Positions 36,781 through 50,700 are shown, counted from the stretch's first letter. The stretch is DNA of 64,000 bases from Albugo candida (GCA_040437565.1 JBDOQK010000058.1:124001-188000); one strand, 5' to 3'. Program-made: numbers and translations. Notes: generated by a model not told the origin, from the letters alone.

Positions 36781-39700
36781 GCGCTATACTGGTTGCGCAT
36801 TGTCGTTAGGTGATCAACCATGAAATGAAAAACGTCTTCCGCAAGAAGAATCTGGCATCTATTATCAAATGACCCCTGACCGCACTATCGCACAACAATT
36901 CACGAGTGCTCCAGCACTAAANNNNNNNNNNNNNNNNNNNNNNNNNNNNNNNNNNNNNNNNNNNNNNNNNNNNNNNNNNNNNNNNNNNNNNNNNNNNNNN
37001 NNNNNNNNNNNNNNNNNNNNNACAAGTGTCTTGTGTCAAATGAGAATCAGAGGCACCAGGAGTACTTCTACCGCATTACAGAAGCTGTAAAACGGCTTAT
37101 TTAAAGAGGCAAGCAGACTCAAAGAGATCCCAAGTAGATCTATTCAGAAAGTGCGGAGCATTCAATACGAGTCGGATACTGGCGGCTTCCCGGTTGGACT
37201 GCTCGCCCCATTCCATCAAATAGTTAGAGAAGACTATTCTAGTGAGTAAAATGAATAAGTGAGTTCTGGTGGGAGATGCTGTGAACCTTTGTTTGTTGTC
37301 GCTGGTGTTATGCGTCCAGTCTTCGCGCTCGCGGAGCTATTATCACCAGCAAGATTTAGAGACACAATTTATCTTCGGATGTACTATTTACCTGACTGTC
37401 CTATCTGTTTGTGAGCATCTCTCTGTAGCTTATTGCTAGATTTCACAGCTGCTCGCTCGAAAGCTGTTTTATCAGCATCTGGGTCGACCTGACCTCTTCG
37501 GCTTGGTTCCAATTGAATTCTGTGCCTTTCTTGGTGTGGCCTGCTGGCTGACATCACCAGTTGGTAGCGGCGCATCTGTAATGGCATCGTGTACTGAAGG
37601 TGCCGAGATTCTCGTTATATTGCTTACTTTTGCATTCGGATTGTATGACTTCAGAAGAGTTAAGTGTAATGTCTGATGAGAATGATGTGAGGCGGGGTAC
37701 AGTGTATATTCTCCACTCTTGCCAGCAAGCCGTTTCGGAGGGGATATTGTTGATTAACTTACATGTATGGGGCATCATCAAAAGTTTACGATCCAGCAGT
37801 CATGAAGGCAATTCACGATAAGAGTGGACGTCATGTATTTCAGAACTCGATGACGATGAGAATTCTCAATGAAAGTAGCTACAAATCACTGGTCCTTTTG
37901 ACGACTACACATATGATGATGATGAATGGGAGACGGGTATACTCGAAAAGAATTGTGAGAGGTAAGGAACCACACAGCATATTTACTTGGTAACGCAGTG
38001 AAGGAATTCCCTCAGCACGCTGATCTGGATCGGCTCCAAGCTGTACTTTGTGCAAGATCTCTCAGATTGAGTTACTTGCATCCTCGAGCCACGTAGTCTT
38101 TTTCTTTGACGTACTAAAGATCATTGGGACGAGAGGTAGTGAGGTAAGTGTAATGAAAAGAGCCGGGTCATTATCATAATCCTTACCAAGCAACGAAAGG
38201 CAATATTCATTTTCGCGGTACATCTGTAACATCTGTAACAAAAATGCCGAGAGAACTTTGCAGTAAGAAGAGAACAATATTGAATCATTGGCTTTAAGCA
38301 ACTGTTCAGACGTCTCCAGTTTGACGCTAACGACACTAAAGCTATACGTTCTCTTCTGGACTTCTCAATCTTCTTACATGCCGACATTCGAAGCGGAGAG
38401 CGATAGCCAGCCGTGATAGTGCTCGTGATTGCTCTATCAATCGAAAAGCACATGAGTCTGCGAATCGTATATCAAATGCAGAGATCAAAATTTTTTTTGT
38501 CGCTCAGACAACTGGCAGTATTATTATAGTCTTCATACTCATCAGTATTGCAATCTGAGGCTGTTATGTTAACATCTCACCGGCAGTCAAAGTGACTTAA
38601 ACGCAACACTTTGTAGCAAAGGTTTTTATATGAAAGTAGTTTGTAAATGCCAAATCAAATCTTTCCAATGATTTGTATATTTTACATGACGGGCAACATG
38701 TAATGTGGAGCCTTCATTGAAGCTACTATTTTTAACCATGCAGTTCTTCTATCACGAATGTACCAGCGGGAAAGGCTTTCTAGATGTCTGGCAACACACT
38801 TTCACATATCATGGCTAAGAAGATTGTGTCACAGAAAGAACTTCTGCTACTTCTTGTCTCGCAATTTCAGTGATCTTCGGGCTGGATATCGAAAACACAG
38901 CCCAATTGAGAGTTTCACCACCTGCCATACTGCATAAGCGAACACAAGTGTACAAAAATGCTTTACTGTTGACGAACGAACAGGTTTTGAAATTGAATTG
39001 GTTCATATTTTGGACGAAAGGCTGAAATACTTGCGGAAGTTCCTCTTGCATGGCAATGAGCTACTCAGCTAAATCAACTTTTTCTTAGACGGGAAGAGTA
39101 TCAGCAATCACAATCAAATTGTTTCTCTGTGCGTGCACCAAAGTATCGGCTGTAATATGATAAAACGTCTTACAAACAGGAACGGTCATCCATATCATCA
39201 GTAGCTTTGTCTCAACAGCACAGTACAAATCACTAGATTGTTGAGAAAGAAATCATCACGATGATTTTGATTGATCTTTCCTACAACAACAAAATGAGCT
39301 TTGTGAACATTTAATCCAAAACTGCAATGTTGCCCATCTTCTAGCGGCAAAGATCATTCCATAGTATGGCCGATAGGGGCAATCTTTAACTCATGCAACC
39401 AATAGGTCTCATAACATGCGTCCGTTTTCTGTATCAAATTGTTCGTTTCTTTCATTAAACGAGTAAGAATGTGGTAGGAGAAGGCATACATCCCCCGAAT
39501 GCTTGATATCCACATTCTGAAGAATATTTGAGTATTTGTATCGCTAGTGGATCACTATGACGACGGATGTAAAATCGCAGCTATGAAAAAGAAATCCGTT
39601 AAGCTCACCAACTTTTAGATACATATGACATGCTTTTAACTCGACGTGGAATCGAGAGTAATCGGAAGTGAATTAAAGCCATACTTACTGACTTGACCTA

Positions 39701-42700
39701 TATAATGTCGCTTCGGAATTCAAAGACTAGGTATGGGCGCTAGAACACAGTTTTTGCGAATGAAACTCCCTCACGTTTGCACTTTAAACATCGACGTATC
39801 ACCTGGTTACGGGAATACATCATATAATCACTACGAAGCTGTACTGATCAAAAATATTGGTCGAATTAAAATACTAAGCTAGGAAGTTTTCTACCTCTAC
39901 ATGAAGTGCAGCCTGAAATCCGCTATTGTTAATTTAGGTAAATCTTCCTGCTTGCTTATCGACCATTATAAGCTCCTTAACAGCACTTTTAGTCCTGTCT
40001 ATCGTGCCAAGTCTCTTCGAACTATGATGCTCTCTTCACTTTGTCGTTTTCGTTTTTAATCGTAAAGTACTTTGCTTCTTTTTCATATTTGCTAAGCACT
40101 CTTGTTGCTTACACCTTTTGTAGTAAGGTCCAAAATTGTCGCAACCACTTCAAAGTTTAATGGCTGAAGATCAAAACCCACTTTCAGCTTTCTATAGTGA
40201 ATGACTTTGCTGATCTTACGGTTCTCACAAACCCTCATCACATGACTATACTCGAATCGGCCTGTGAGAATATACCCTGACACAGACGACAAGACGTATG
40301 TATTGCTTACTGCTGCAATGCAAAAAGCCAACTTCCGGAATGCGCCGTCCTTTTCACCATCCGTTATATCAAACTCGAAAAACCAAACAGAGTCCTCAGA
40401 CGGATCAGATTCAAGATGACTGATAGCGCTTATCAAGGTCGCTTCTGCATTAGTCTGTATCGGAAGAGGTGATAGAGAATGATCTGTCATCAAAGATGAA
40501 TGTCTCTGAGCTGCTCCATCAAATATACGAGATTCTGTGACTGAAGGCGCCTTGTCCTTCGGTAATAGCTTTTCTATTTCCCGCAAAAAATGACAAACAT
40601 TTTCGGACAGACCATTAAAGAATTTACAGAGCTTCACACACCTGATTGCAAAGGTTTGCACGTCTAACGGCGAAGAAAAAAAAAGCAGAGCGCTTCTTTT
40701 TGAAGTCAGACGAAAATTTTCCAGTGCTTTCTTTATGACTACCCAGTCGACAGTACTCATCAAACAACGCGAACATGTTGTCATACCTCTAACTTCACTT
40801 TTCTTTTTGTTTGAGGTGTAGACCAAATCTTCGTACTCTGAACGAGATTTCGTACTGAACGAATGATGCACGCAATGATAAAGAGATGACCATTTTTGGA
40901 TGGAAGAAGTAGTTCCAGACTGTCTGATTGTATGCTGGAACAATTCAGTATTATGATACACAAAGCTGGAGATATAGGAGGAAACGCCTTGGGTTGATGT
41001 GTACAGATGTCGCACAAGCCAATGGATTTCAGATCCCCATCCAATGGTGCCACATGAATAGCCGCATCGATGCATTATATCCTCTTGTGTTTCAATAGTA
41101 GTGTAACGAAGCACCCATTGATGATTCCTTGTGCTTGGATTAGAAATCAAGTACCTTTCGTCATTGTCGCCGGGAGCCAAGCACCGGAGGCAACCGAGGA
41201 TCCATAGTTCGGGAATATTTTTTCTCAAAAGTAAGCAATATGTCCTCGAATCGAGGCCAGAAGAGCGTATTTCTCTATTGTTCGCAGCATCACTTACTCG
41301 TATGTTCAAATCGAAGCCAAATAGCCGGATTCCTCTAGGTGCCTCGCTACTGTCATCACGCCCCATTCGTACTGTTTTTCTCAAAATATTCACAAGTTTT
41401 TTATCTTCTTCTGGTACAAAGTCATCGGGATTGGAAATCAGTTTACTACAGATCTTTCTGCCCCTGTTACAGCTCTGCTCAATATATGTAAAAGGAATGT
41501 CGTCAGTGATGTCTGCGTACATCCTCAATATACCAGATTTAGACTCTTTTTTTGCGTCGTTCTCGTCATCCTTGATTGCACCATACGTAAAATTTGCGTA
41601 CGGAACAAAATGCTGAATACACCTGTGACAAGTCGAAAGTCTCTCATGATTTTTCTGTACAGCCGTGCTGATTCTGTATGCGCCAGTATTTAGTCCCTGG
41701 AAGAAGGGTACAAGAACAGCGGTCACCCTCATTGCAGAACGCATTGTGAGCTTCTGTGTCTTTATTCTATAATGTGGACATGCAACTTATCTTATTTCCA
41801 TATAGGCAGACTACAAGCACGAAGGGTACATAACTTTGAATCCATATAAGCGTCTTCAAGACTATGTAGCATGTGTAGTTTGCTGAGGCATATCATGTGC
41901 TCTCTTCATTGCGCTATCGTTGTGATTGGCTACTAGTACACCGCTACTGGTCTAAATAAAATAAGTAGAAGGTCAGAATAGGTCTAATTACCTTGTACTT
42001 TACGGGCACTTTCCAAAAATATGGTAAGACTGCTTTTAAACATGCAAAATAACTTCAATAAAAACAAAGAAGAAATCTCGTCTTCATTCATATTAGCTAG
42101 TCGGACAAATAAATGATAGATGATACACAATCAAGTAAAAGACAGTCTCGTAACAGTTTCAACACTGGAAGCGTCGATCAGAAATTAGGAGAAGGCTTTG
42201 AAGGAACCGTTGCATAGAATGAGTGTCTATTAGGGTTGCTTGTACCCAAATGAAAGCTCAACTTTCTAAACAGCGTTCAACATGCGTGAACCTGTTAGTA
42301 TGGAGTCTATTGCTTCAGCTCTCTCAGCTATCAGCACAGCCTGATATTTTTGAATGCAAGGACGTTGATAGCACCTTTGAGGGTAAACTGCAACATCGAA
42401 CGCTGGTGAAAATAGCTGGCACAAACGCCAACTAGATGGTCGCAAGCAAGAATAATGTCCTACAATCGTTACACAGTGATGGGATTAACAGACTACTAAG
42501 TTTAATCGACGGCATTCAAACCACCCTCGCTACTTTTGAAAACGTTATTCTCAACATTCTCAGCTTTGCCTGAAAAACGTCGCGAATGGCTACTATTTTC
42601 ATTGAAGAATGGCTGAGGTGGAAGAAAGAATAGAGAACTATTGTGTTTGCGTTTAGAAGGTTTTCTGCAGCTACAAAGGTAAGATGTATGCGTTCTTTCC

Positions 42701-44125
42701 TAGATAGCAAAGAATCTCACCTGTTTCTAAACACCATATCTAGCATCTCGTCCATGATGCTGGTACCAATCGTTCCTAAACAGCTTACAATCGTCGAAAT
42801 ACACATCAATGGCTGCTACAATCAGAATGTACATGGGGCCTGAGCAAAAAATCATGCAAATATCCACCGTTCAGACCACTACAACACGGCACCACTCGGA
42901 CCTCTCCGATATATGCATCAACGTTTGTGCAATTCTCATGTAGCAATCCTGGGACCGTTGCCTTTCTTCTCCCAAACCACGCGAAGCGCTTTTTTTATGC
43001 TTCCCGTTTGTTGTATAGAGCACCTTGCAATGGAAAAGATGAATTATCGAATGAGCCGGAAAAAAACAAGTTCCCTGAATGCCCTCAGCTATGAAAGTCG
43101 TCCGAAGAAGACTATCTTTGGCAAAAAGTGTTTATTCAATTGGATTTTTCGTATGGGGTGTTCACGACTGCAAGTTTTGGTTTGGCAGTCAAATAAACAA
43201 AAGAGAAGTTCCTGTGGAAGCTCTCAGAGAGCTTGATTGTACCAAAAGAAAATCTGGCCCAAAAGTTCGAGTTTGTGATAAGTCTTCTGTCATGCTCACA
43301 TATTAACTTCTGGTCAAACTACTAGAGTTGAGTACATTCAGATCATGCTTTTCTTTGCTGCTTTCTCATGAATTTGCTGCTGGGGTGCAAATAAAATTGC
43401 TCGAGCAATACAAAACTTTTGGAGTGCTGATCGAGACCAAATCTAACACATCCGGGAATGAATTTGGCCCAGGATATGTAATTAGAATGAAGTAGTTTCG
43501 ACAAGTGTTCACTACAATATTTTGGGGTTGATCAGGGATACAAGCACCATAACGGTTGATAGATACATTTGATCAATTGCACAGATGCGAGCCCCAGCCG
43601 GTGAAGCAAAGGCGCGAAGATGCTCGTTTCATAGGATCTATGAATTAAAGAGGTATTTGATTTGGAATTTAAAAGCTCTTAGCAACGTGTCGAGCTCACA
43701 CATCGCTGCGGAACACGGGGAAAGACATCCCATTGCGATCCATATGCGTGCAAAAACCGAAAACGCGAAGCCCGTATCCAGCCTAAACTACGTCGGCGAA
43801 TCACTGACGAGGCTAGATAATCAAACGCTTGAAAAAATGGGAAACTCAATCAAACCACCTTCAAGGTTAGGGAGCTCTAAGCATTCCAGGAGGAGTAAAC
43901 TTGGGTACGACAATGATTTAGATAATGAGGAGATCTGTGCAGTTGATATCTGAAGCAGTTTGCATAGCTCCGTGAACACTTAATGAGAAGCTCTGTTGTT
44001 CTTTATGCATCCTCGTTCGGTACGCTATATTTTTTGCGCGTTCTCATTAGGTAATCAGCCATGAATTGATAAACGACTTTCAGAAAACGACTTTGGCTTC
44101 TATTATTAAATGACCCCTGACCGCA
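36781..44125. repeat. Tandem segmental duplication unit B (~7.3 kb, contains effector copy 3)
   Basis: Diverged but colinear counterpart of unit A across both flanks of the effector gene. Confidence 0.8.
40092..41744 (-). CDS. CHxC/CCG-type secreted effector-like protein, copy 3 (intact, 550 aa)
   Basis: MRSAMRVTAVLVPFFQGLNTGAY with CHRC at residues 39-42. Same motif series as copies 1 and 2. Confidence 0.8.
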   Translation of the reverse strand: MRSAMRVTAVLVPFFQGLNTGAYRISTAVQKNHERLSTCHRCIQHFVPYANFTYGAIKDDENDAKKESKSGILRMYADITDDIPFTYIEQSCNRGRKICSKLISNPDDFVPEEDKKLVNILRKTVRMGRDDSSEAPRGIRLFGFDLNIRVSDAANNREIRSSGLDSRTYCLLLRKNIPELWILGCLRCLAPGDNDERYLISNPSTRNHQWVLRYTTIETQEDIMHRCGYSCGTIGWGSEIHWLVRHLYTSTQGVSSYISSFVYHNTELFQHTIRQSGTTSSIQKWSSLYHCVHHSFSTKSRSEYEDLVYTSNKKKSEVRGMTTCSRCLMSTVDWVVIKKALENFRLTSKRSALLFFSSPLDVQTFAIRCVKLCKFFNGLSENVCHFLREIEKLLPKDKAPSVTESRIFDGAAQRHSSLMTDHSLSPLPIQTNAEATLISAISHLESDPSEDSVWFFEFDITDGEKDGAFRKLAFCIAAVSNTYVLSSVSGYILTGRFEYSHVMRVCENRKISKVIHYRKLKVGFDLQPLNFEVVATILDLTTKGVSNKSA

Positions 44126-47100
44126 GATTGCTTCACCAACAAGCGAAATCGTTATGGGGTATTTTTCAAATGGCCAGACTGCACCAAGTGCATTATGTCA
44201 AAGATAACCTTTTATCACAGCTGAGACCATATTACCACGATGGTGACAATAGCTTGAATGCGTGTTCTTGATCGTAGTAACATCGGCGAAAAATAACAAA
44301 AAAAGTTGCGATTGCAAATGCTAGTCTCGTCCCAGAAATGCGGCCGACAGTTGAACTTGTACTCTTGAGTCAGCACAAAGATGCTGTGTAAGATGATCGC
44401 AATATTGCTTATGCATAATGGCGTGTCCGAAGAAAAAGATAGACCTGTTAAAACCGTAAGGCTCTAATATAAAAGCATAAAACAATCGATGCATCAATTT
44501 TCTTCAATATTTTTTTCTTTTACGAGAAAACCATTTTGATATCAATATTGTTGTTCGGCTTGTAGAGGAGCTGCACAAGCAGAAATACGCATCCATGTCA
44601 ATGAAGGCAGTGAACTTCGGTGTCGGTAGACTTATTGCTAAATGAGTAGATACGAAGATAATTTTTGAAAAGATTCCAATATTATTGACCTGGATAACAC
44701 GGGTATCCATGTACATTGGTTCATATCGACTGCACAGACTGTCGAAAAAATCTCGGAGGTAGAAATTCTACTGTGGTAAATAGAGTAGAGCCGGGCCGAT
44801 CTGAACTTTTTTCCAAGCAATGGGATTGTTCATGGTGGGAATCATTTAGCGGTAGTATGTACCAGCACACCGAAAAAACTTGCACAGAACAAAGAAGAAT
44901 CATACATAGTTCTCTAGCAAACCTAGTCCAGTATCTGATCTGAAGGCAGCGTCTTTGAAGATATACGTCCTCCTATAGACTAGTATATATTTACATGCCA
45001 ATATCCGAATAAAGAGCGATAGCGATTGTGCTAGCTCTCACTATTGTTATACAGAGCGCATCTGACATCCGTGCACGTGAACGCATATGCTGAATACATA
45101 TATCTATGTCTTTATCCGCATCCTCATTGAAATACAGGTTTTGCATCTTGAGCAAACACTAGGGATTATCATCTCCACTCATGTATTCTTTTCCCAATCG
45201 TGTGTGAGAAGAAGCGGTTCGCGTCGCTACAGCCTATGCACGAACAACGCCCGCTCAGCTCCTGCATGATGCCGCTTTCCTTTTCCATTTGACTTGGTAG
45301 AATCTTTGCAAGTTGGTCAGAAATGTACGGTGCAGTGCACAAATGATCATTTTCGTGTCCATTAACACAGTGCAGAATGTTATCTATATATCGTGCGAGA
45401 TGTGAGAGCCAAATAATTTCCACCGCTGGCAAATAATCTGGTCAGTGGGCAAGTGTGCTGAATTTGGTTTATCAGTCGACATTTATGTGCTGCCTTCACG
45501 CACGGAGCTCGTAGTACTCTAAGACTATCTTCGCGTCTTAAGAATGCGCTTGGCGAAATGCATTAGAAATGGACGCATCCGTCATATGGCAAGCGGAATT
45601 CCATATTTCGAGCACAAAATCGTTCTTACGGATATGAACTCAGCAACGTTTAGCTTCGTTTCTCTCTTGTTTTTAATTGAACTTTCGTCGTACACGATAG
45701 ATCAAGTTCACATAGCATGATGTCTTATGATAAAATAATTCGATCAACGCAAGCGAGACAAAGTTAAGCTAGTTGAATGCATGCATCATTTGGAGCATAA
45801 ACGCATCCTTGTGCACCGTGTGCTGCTGCATACGCTATACAGGAAAATTCTCTACGCTATATAGAGATATTAGTCATTCAGATCACGACTTTGCTGCTTC
45901 ACCACGTTGACACGAGTAATCTTGAAGCCTTCCCGCTGTAGAAAGAAGAAACAAATTGTGTTTGCAGCTCTCATGTTGCTTGGTGATGTAGAAGATTCCA
46001 GAGTATTTCAAGTGGTTGAAGACAGCATAATTTACATTCTTTCACCACACTTTATAGAAATCTTTGAGCGATATGCAGATTTAATTCCGTGTGCGTAAAT
46101 CGTGGCAAGTTGCTCTGTAAACGAAGTGATGGCGGTAAAGCTACCAATTTGCACGTCAGATGGTAGTTCAAGATCTCGTGCACTATCTGGTATTCGACTA
46201 AGCCACTTCTCAGCATAGTCATGTCGACTGTACGTTATCACATGTTCAAAGGGTACGATCATCTGCTATCTTCTGTCTCTGAATAAGAGCTTTAACGCGA
46301 ATTCGGCACGCACTATATTACTATATAGCGTGGATGCTGTGGTAAAAAATCAGAAAGGCGGTGTATCGTCGGCGATCTGATCGTGTTTGAAAGACAGCTT
46401 GGTATGGGGAGGGCTACCGAAAGATCTTACGTACATTGCGCGACTTCAACTTTAGTCTACTAGACATATTTCGTATGACGAATAAATACTAAAATATAAA
46501 GACTATTCCAGAAATCACAACTCATCAAGCAGTTTGAATCCATTTTTCAACGTTGATCAACGACCAATCGGTTCAAAAGAAGCTCTGATCAGTGCGTTAC
46601 TATCACGTGTGGAGACTGCTGGAAAAGCACGCATTAGATATACAGATCAGCCATGGACGCTTTAGGATGTAGTGCACCCTGATATCTGCTGCACTCGATC
46701 CATTGGCTTTGATTTGTTACAAAATTCTCAGCATAATCCTTTAGTGAGTTTTATAATCAATGCAGTCATCTGCTGCTGTCATACATTGTCTATACTGCTT
46801 ATTATGTAACCATATTATGCGTTCGATTTACGATATTTTCGAAGATCGAGAAGTCTACTTGCACATGCTGAAAAGACGCTACGTGATGCAACTTTGGCTA
46901 AAGTAGGGCCCGGCTTCCTTGGTCGTGTGCATGCTTGGAAATGGGTATCAGAACAACCAAAGCGTCATCTACGCCATCATGCTTACAACTTTGAGGGGTA
47001 TAATCACTACATCATGTCATTCATCCGAATGGATGCGACTCGTTCAATCATATTCCTGTTCGACGATTATTTCAGCCAAATGTTGGAGTTATAGAAGGTC

Positions 47101-47154
47101 ATGTAGCGCATATAATAGTGAAAAGGATGCAACGAATACTTTCATGCTTCTGTG

Positions 47155-47224
47155 TTACGTAAATCAGCTTTCATGTTATCCCTTTCCAATTACGTAAATC
47201 GGCTTTCATATATTCCGTTTCCAA
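47155..47224 (+). repeat. Two-copy 35-bp tandem repeat
   Basis: ttacgtaaatcagctttcatgttatccctttccaa followed by ttacgtaaatcggctttcatatattccgtttccaa. Confidence 0.7.
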
Positions 47225-49056
47225 TTCCACGCTATAATCGCAAGGTCCACACGTCAATTTTGACAAAGCATGAAGCCACCGCCACTAACTAGCCTAACTA
47301 GCGGGCGAGTCTATGGCATGCTGATAGCCTCGGCATGCTATTCACATCGAAGAGAATTCACTTTTCTCACCTTCAACGTGAAGTTTATCGCTCAGCCTCC
47401 GAAACCAATATCAGTATCATCAGGCTGTCCGGGACTGTAGAAATGCAGATTTATCAAAATGGTGCCTATGGAATCTCACCTGGGGCAAACAACGTAGGTC
47501 TTAAGTCACAGCAAATAACAAACTCAAACGGGATAGTTATGACGCGCTCATAGCTCTTTACTACTTTTGACGTTCTTTTGTGAGAAAAATTAATAACTAG
47601 ATAGGTCAGCAATGCAACATTCCTCTCCTTTGATAAGCGATTTCTTTATAATGATATCTTTCCTTGCTTTTGAGGAAACACCAAACAAAGTAGATCAGTG
47701 AGCAGAAAAGAATGTGCGAGCTACATTAATGATACATGTGATGATGTGCATCCATGCAATATAATTTATAGCTAGAAAGCAAATGCTTTCTCTAACTTGT
47801 ACCATTTCTACGTCAAACCATCAGCTCAGTACTGAGCAATAATCATTTATGTCCGCATTGTACTCTTTGAATAACGTCAACAGTGATATCCTGATGTTCC
47901 GTTTAGCTGCCAAAGTGACATTTTGCTCAACGATTGATATTGTATCAGGCTTCGTAATCAGTGCCGGAGTAGTGACAACCAATGGCATAGATTTATCTAT
48001 GAGTCGTGACGTCACCTATATGTACAATTGATCTTCGATTGTTGCCCTACAAGCATTGTAGAAGTAGCCCTTTTTCGGAGCATATAAAGTTGATGGACGG
48101 GAAATTCTCCGGACCTGAAAGAGTTCACCTTTGAAAAAGTCTTAGTAAGATAGTGTCATGCCTTTCGTTGGCCAAAGCACGAGAAATGTTATGCATAGAA
48201 GTATTAGGACATACATTTGGGAGAAGGAGCTACCACGTCATACGTCAAGTACAACACTTCCTAATCGATAGGATCGGTTGAATATCGTACGGAACTGCGG
48301 TAAACTTTAAGAGATTGATTGTAATGCAACAGACCTTGATGAAAGCTTTCATCGAGTGGTGAGAAATAAGCTATTTGACAAGATACCAGGAGTTGACATC
48401 AATTTGCTGCATGATGAAGAAATTTAGTCTCCTTGGAAGTATTGCTTATTACCGCAAGAATAGAGTTTTATGACTTTCATTCTTGATTGAGACGTACAAC
48501 TTTGCTGATCTCGATCATAGATGCACATTAGTACGAGATCACTCACTGTCAGTTTATTTTAGCTAGACAAAACTCGCCTTTAACCTACCACGTAAAGACT
48601 TGATTTCTTTCGCGGAAAAAATATATAATTCTAACGATTTTTTGTTTCTTGCATGTCATGCATCACGACGTGATCCTTGTGTATGACCTGGCAGCGTAAT
48701 TCATAGGTATGAGTGTTGTATTCATACCAATAAGAAAATTCAAAGATGAGAGTTTAGGTGCACTTGCGAAGTTCCACAAGAAATACTAATGATCCTGACT
48801 TACAGATAGCACTCATTATCATCGTTTGTCCGAGAAAGCGTTGATGTCGCCAATTAAGGTCTATAAGAATCTTTGCCAAATCTACCAGATGTCGAGATGC
48901 TCATAATGGCTTAATGACACATCTCAATCTTTCATTATTGGTTGAGTCGCTATCCACAAACAGTATGAAAAACTTCAACTCCTCTCAAATCACCACATGG
49001 GCAATTATTTAGATGATCAAGCAACGGAGTGCCGTGATAATTATAATCGTTCAAGT

Positions 49057-50700
49057 CTATAGTTGGTCACACAAGAACTTTAGAGATGACGCGATAGAAT
49101 GGAAACTTAATGGCTGTGGAAAGAACCCCACTACCACGTCTCTGCAGCCGATGATGGACTTAGATCAGACACGTAGCACCGGCTGCCCAGTATTCAAAGT
49201 CGAAATGAGTCATGACAAGGTATCATGATGGAATTAACACAATATATGTATTACACTTCACGGCAATACAAAAGGCCAACCTCTTCAGTGCTTTTTCCAT
49301 ATCATCGTCACTCTTCCTACACTGCAAATGCCAAGCTGAATTTAACTCTAGTTGTCAATACGTGATAATGTCGCATTAGAGAACATAGACTCTCTCTCTT
49401 TCAGTAAAGGTAATAACAGAATGACCTGTATTCTCCGCAAAAAGTCACACATCAGTCTGAAAAGATCTGCCGCCCAATCACACACAGTCGCACAATTGAT
49501 TGCTTTTTCCTGTACGCTAACACATTGAATGAACACAAAAAGCCACCTTCATACGACGTATGCTTGTTAACAATCCCTTCACCTTTCTCGGTTTGTCGAC
49601 ATTTTCTTGGGATATACAATTATGGCCCTTTTGTAACTTTCAAGTGGAAACGTTTCGTATAGTGCATGCAATAATGAGCCGTTGTATCGTTTGAACTGGA
49701 ATTGCTTCGTTCTAATGGCTCCACATTCTCAAATATTGAATGTATATTATCTTCTTCAATGCGCTCAACGATCGAGCTAACCATTAAACGAACACACGTG
49801 AAGCAATCTTGTTTCTATGAGCTCCCATTCATGATCATTGGCAGGCTTTTTTTTTAGAATTTAGAGACTTGGTCTCAAGGAGATGCAGCACAAAGCAATC
49901 GTGTACAATCCTCTAGCTGATTATCACACATGAGCTACCACATTCCTTGGTTGTGTTTTTGGGCTGTAGCATATTGCAGGGCCCATTGATACTTACTTAT
50001 GTGCAGACAGAATAGAACTGCATCTCGCTTTTTCACCGGAAACGAAGCGGTTAAGGCTAGATATTAAGATTTCTGGCATATCTTTTTCCAGAAGCAAGTA
50101 GTTTGTCTTATGTTGTAGACCACGTTCAAGAATCCGTAACCTACACGTCGAAGTCATGAGGATGCACCGCTACTTTCACCACATTTTTGTAATAAAAACA
50201 ACACCAAAGAGCCGAATACCGTTGCCTCCTTGCTTCTCCATATTGAAGTCAGAATCCAATTAGAATTCGCAGTGGCGGTGTGATGAGAAGTTGTACCAAC
50301 TGCGAAAGCACCAATGCGACATGAGCCTCTTTTGACGCATCGTCACGTTCAAAAAGCCTGATGCCATTTTCTTTTGTGATATTGACAAGTCTTTCATTTT
50401 TTCCTACACATGCACATCATAAACGGTGACTTGAAACAGCCCTGGCCATTGCCGACTGCGATCTTTTGGATGCATTGGTACGGAATGTCTTCGGTGATGT
50501 CTGCGTACATCGGCAGCACATTATGCTAATTCTCACGTGCATATTTGCCGGAAAAGTAATCATACGCGGAGGTTACATTTGAGATGAAAGCTTGAAACAC
50601 ATCTACGACAGCGGCTCAATCGTGTATGTTTTCGGTACACTCGTGGTGATAATGGATGGTAATTGCAAACGGAAAGAATGGGCATGTTGTTCCACGTTAT
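49057..50700 (-). pseudogene. Decayed fourth paralog of the CHxC/CCG effector family
   Basis: Manual minus-strand translation gives, in order: RLSRCRRCVSSF (~50590-50625), MYADITEDIP (50481-50510), NERLVNI, GIRLFGV (~50200-50220), GLQHKTNYLLLEKDMPEILI, YQWALQYAT, ECGSSC, QDCFTCVRLM, AINCATVCDW..LMCDFLRRI, KRLAFCIAVKCNTY (~49250-49285), VGFFPQPLSF. Multiple stops and frameshifts. Confidence 0.8.

Noticed and set aside
47155-47224. 35-bp repeats as a possible CRISPR array
   Set aside because: Only two directly adjacent copies, no spacers, no cas genes, eukaryotic context.
44130-49000. ORF-poor 5-kb stretch examined for further effector relics or RNA genes
   Set aside because: No colinear family motifs and no tRNA or rRNA signature recognised by eye. 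A tBLASTn or Infernal scan would be needed to exclude them.
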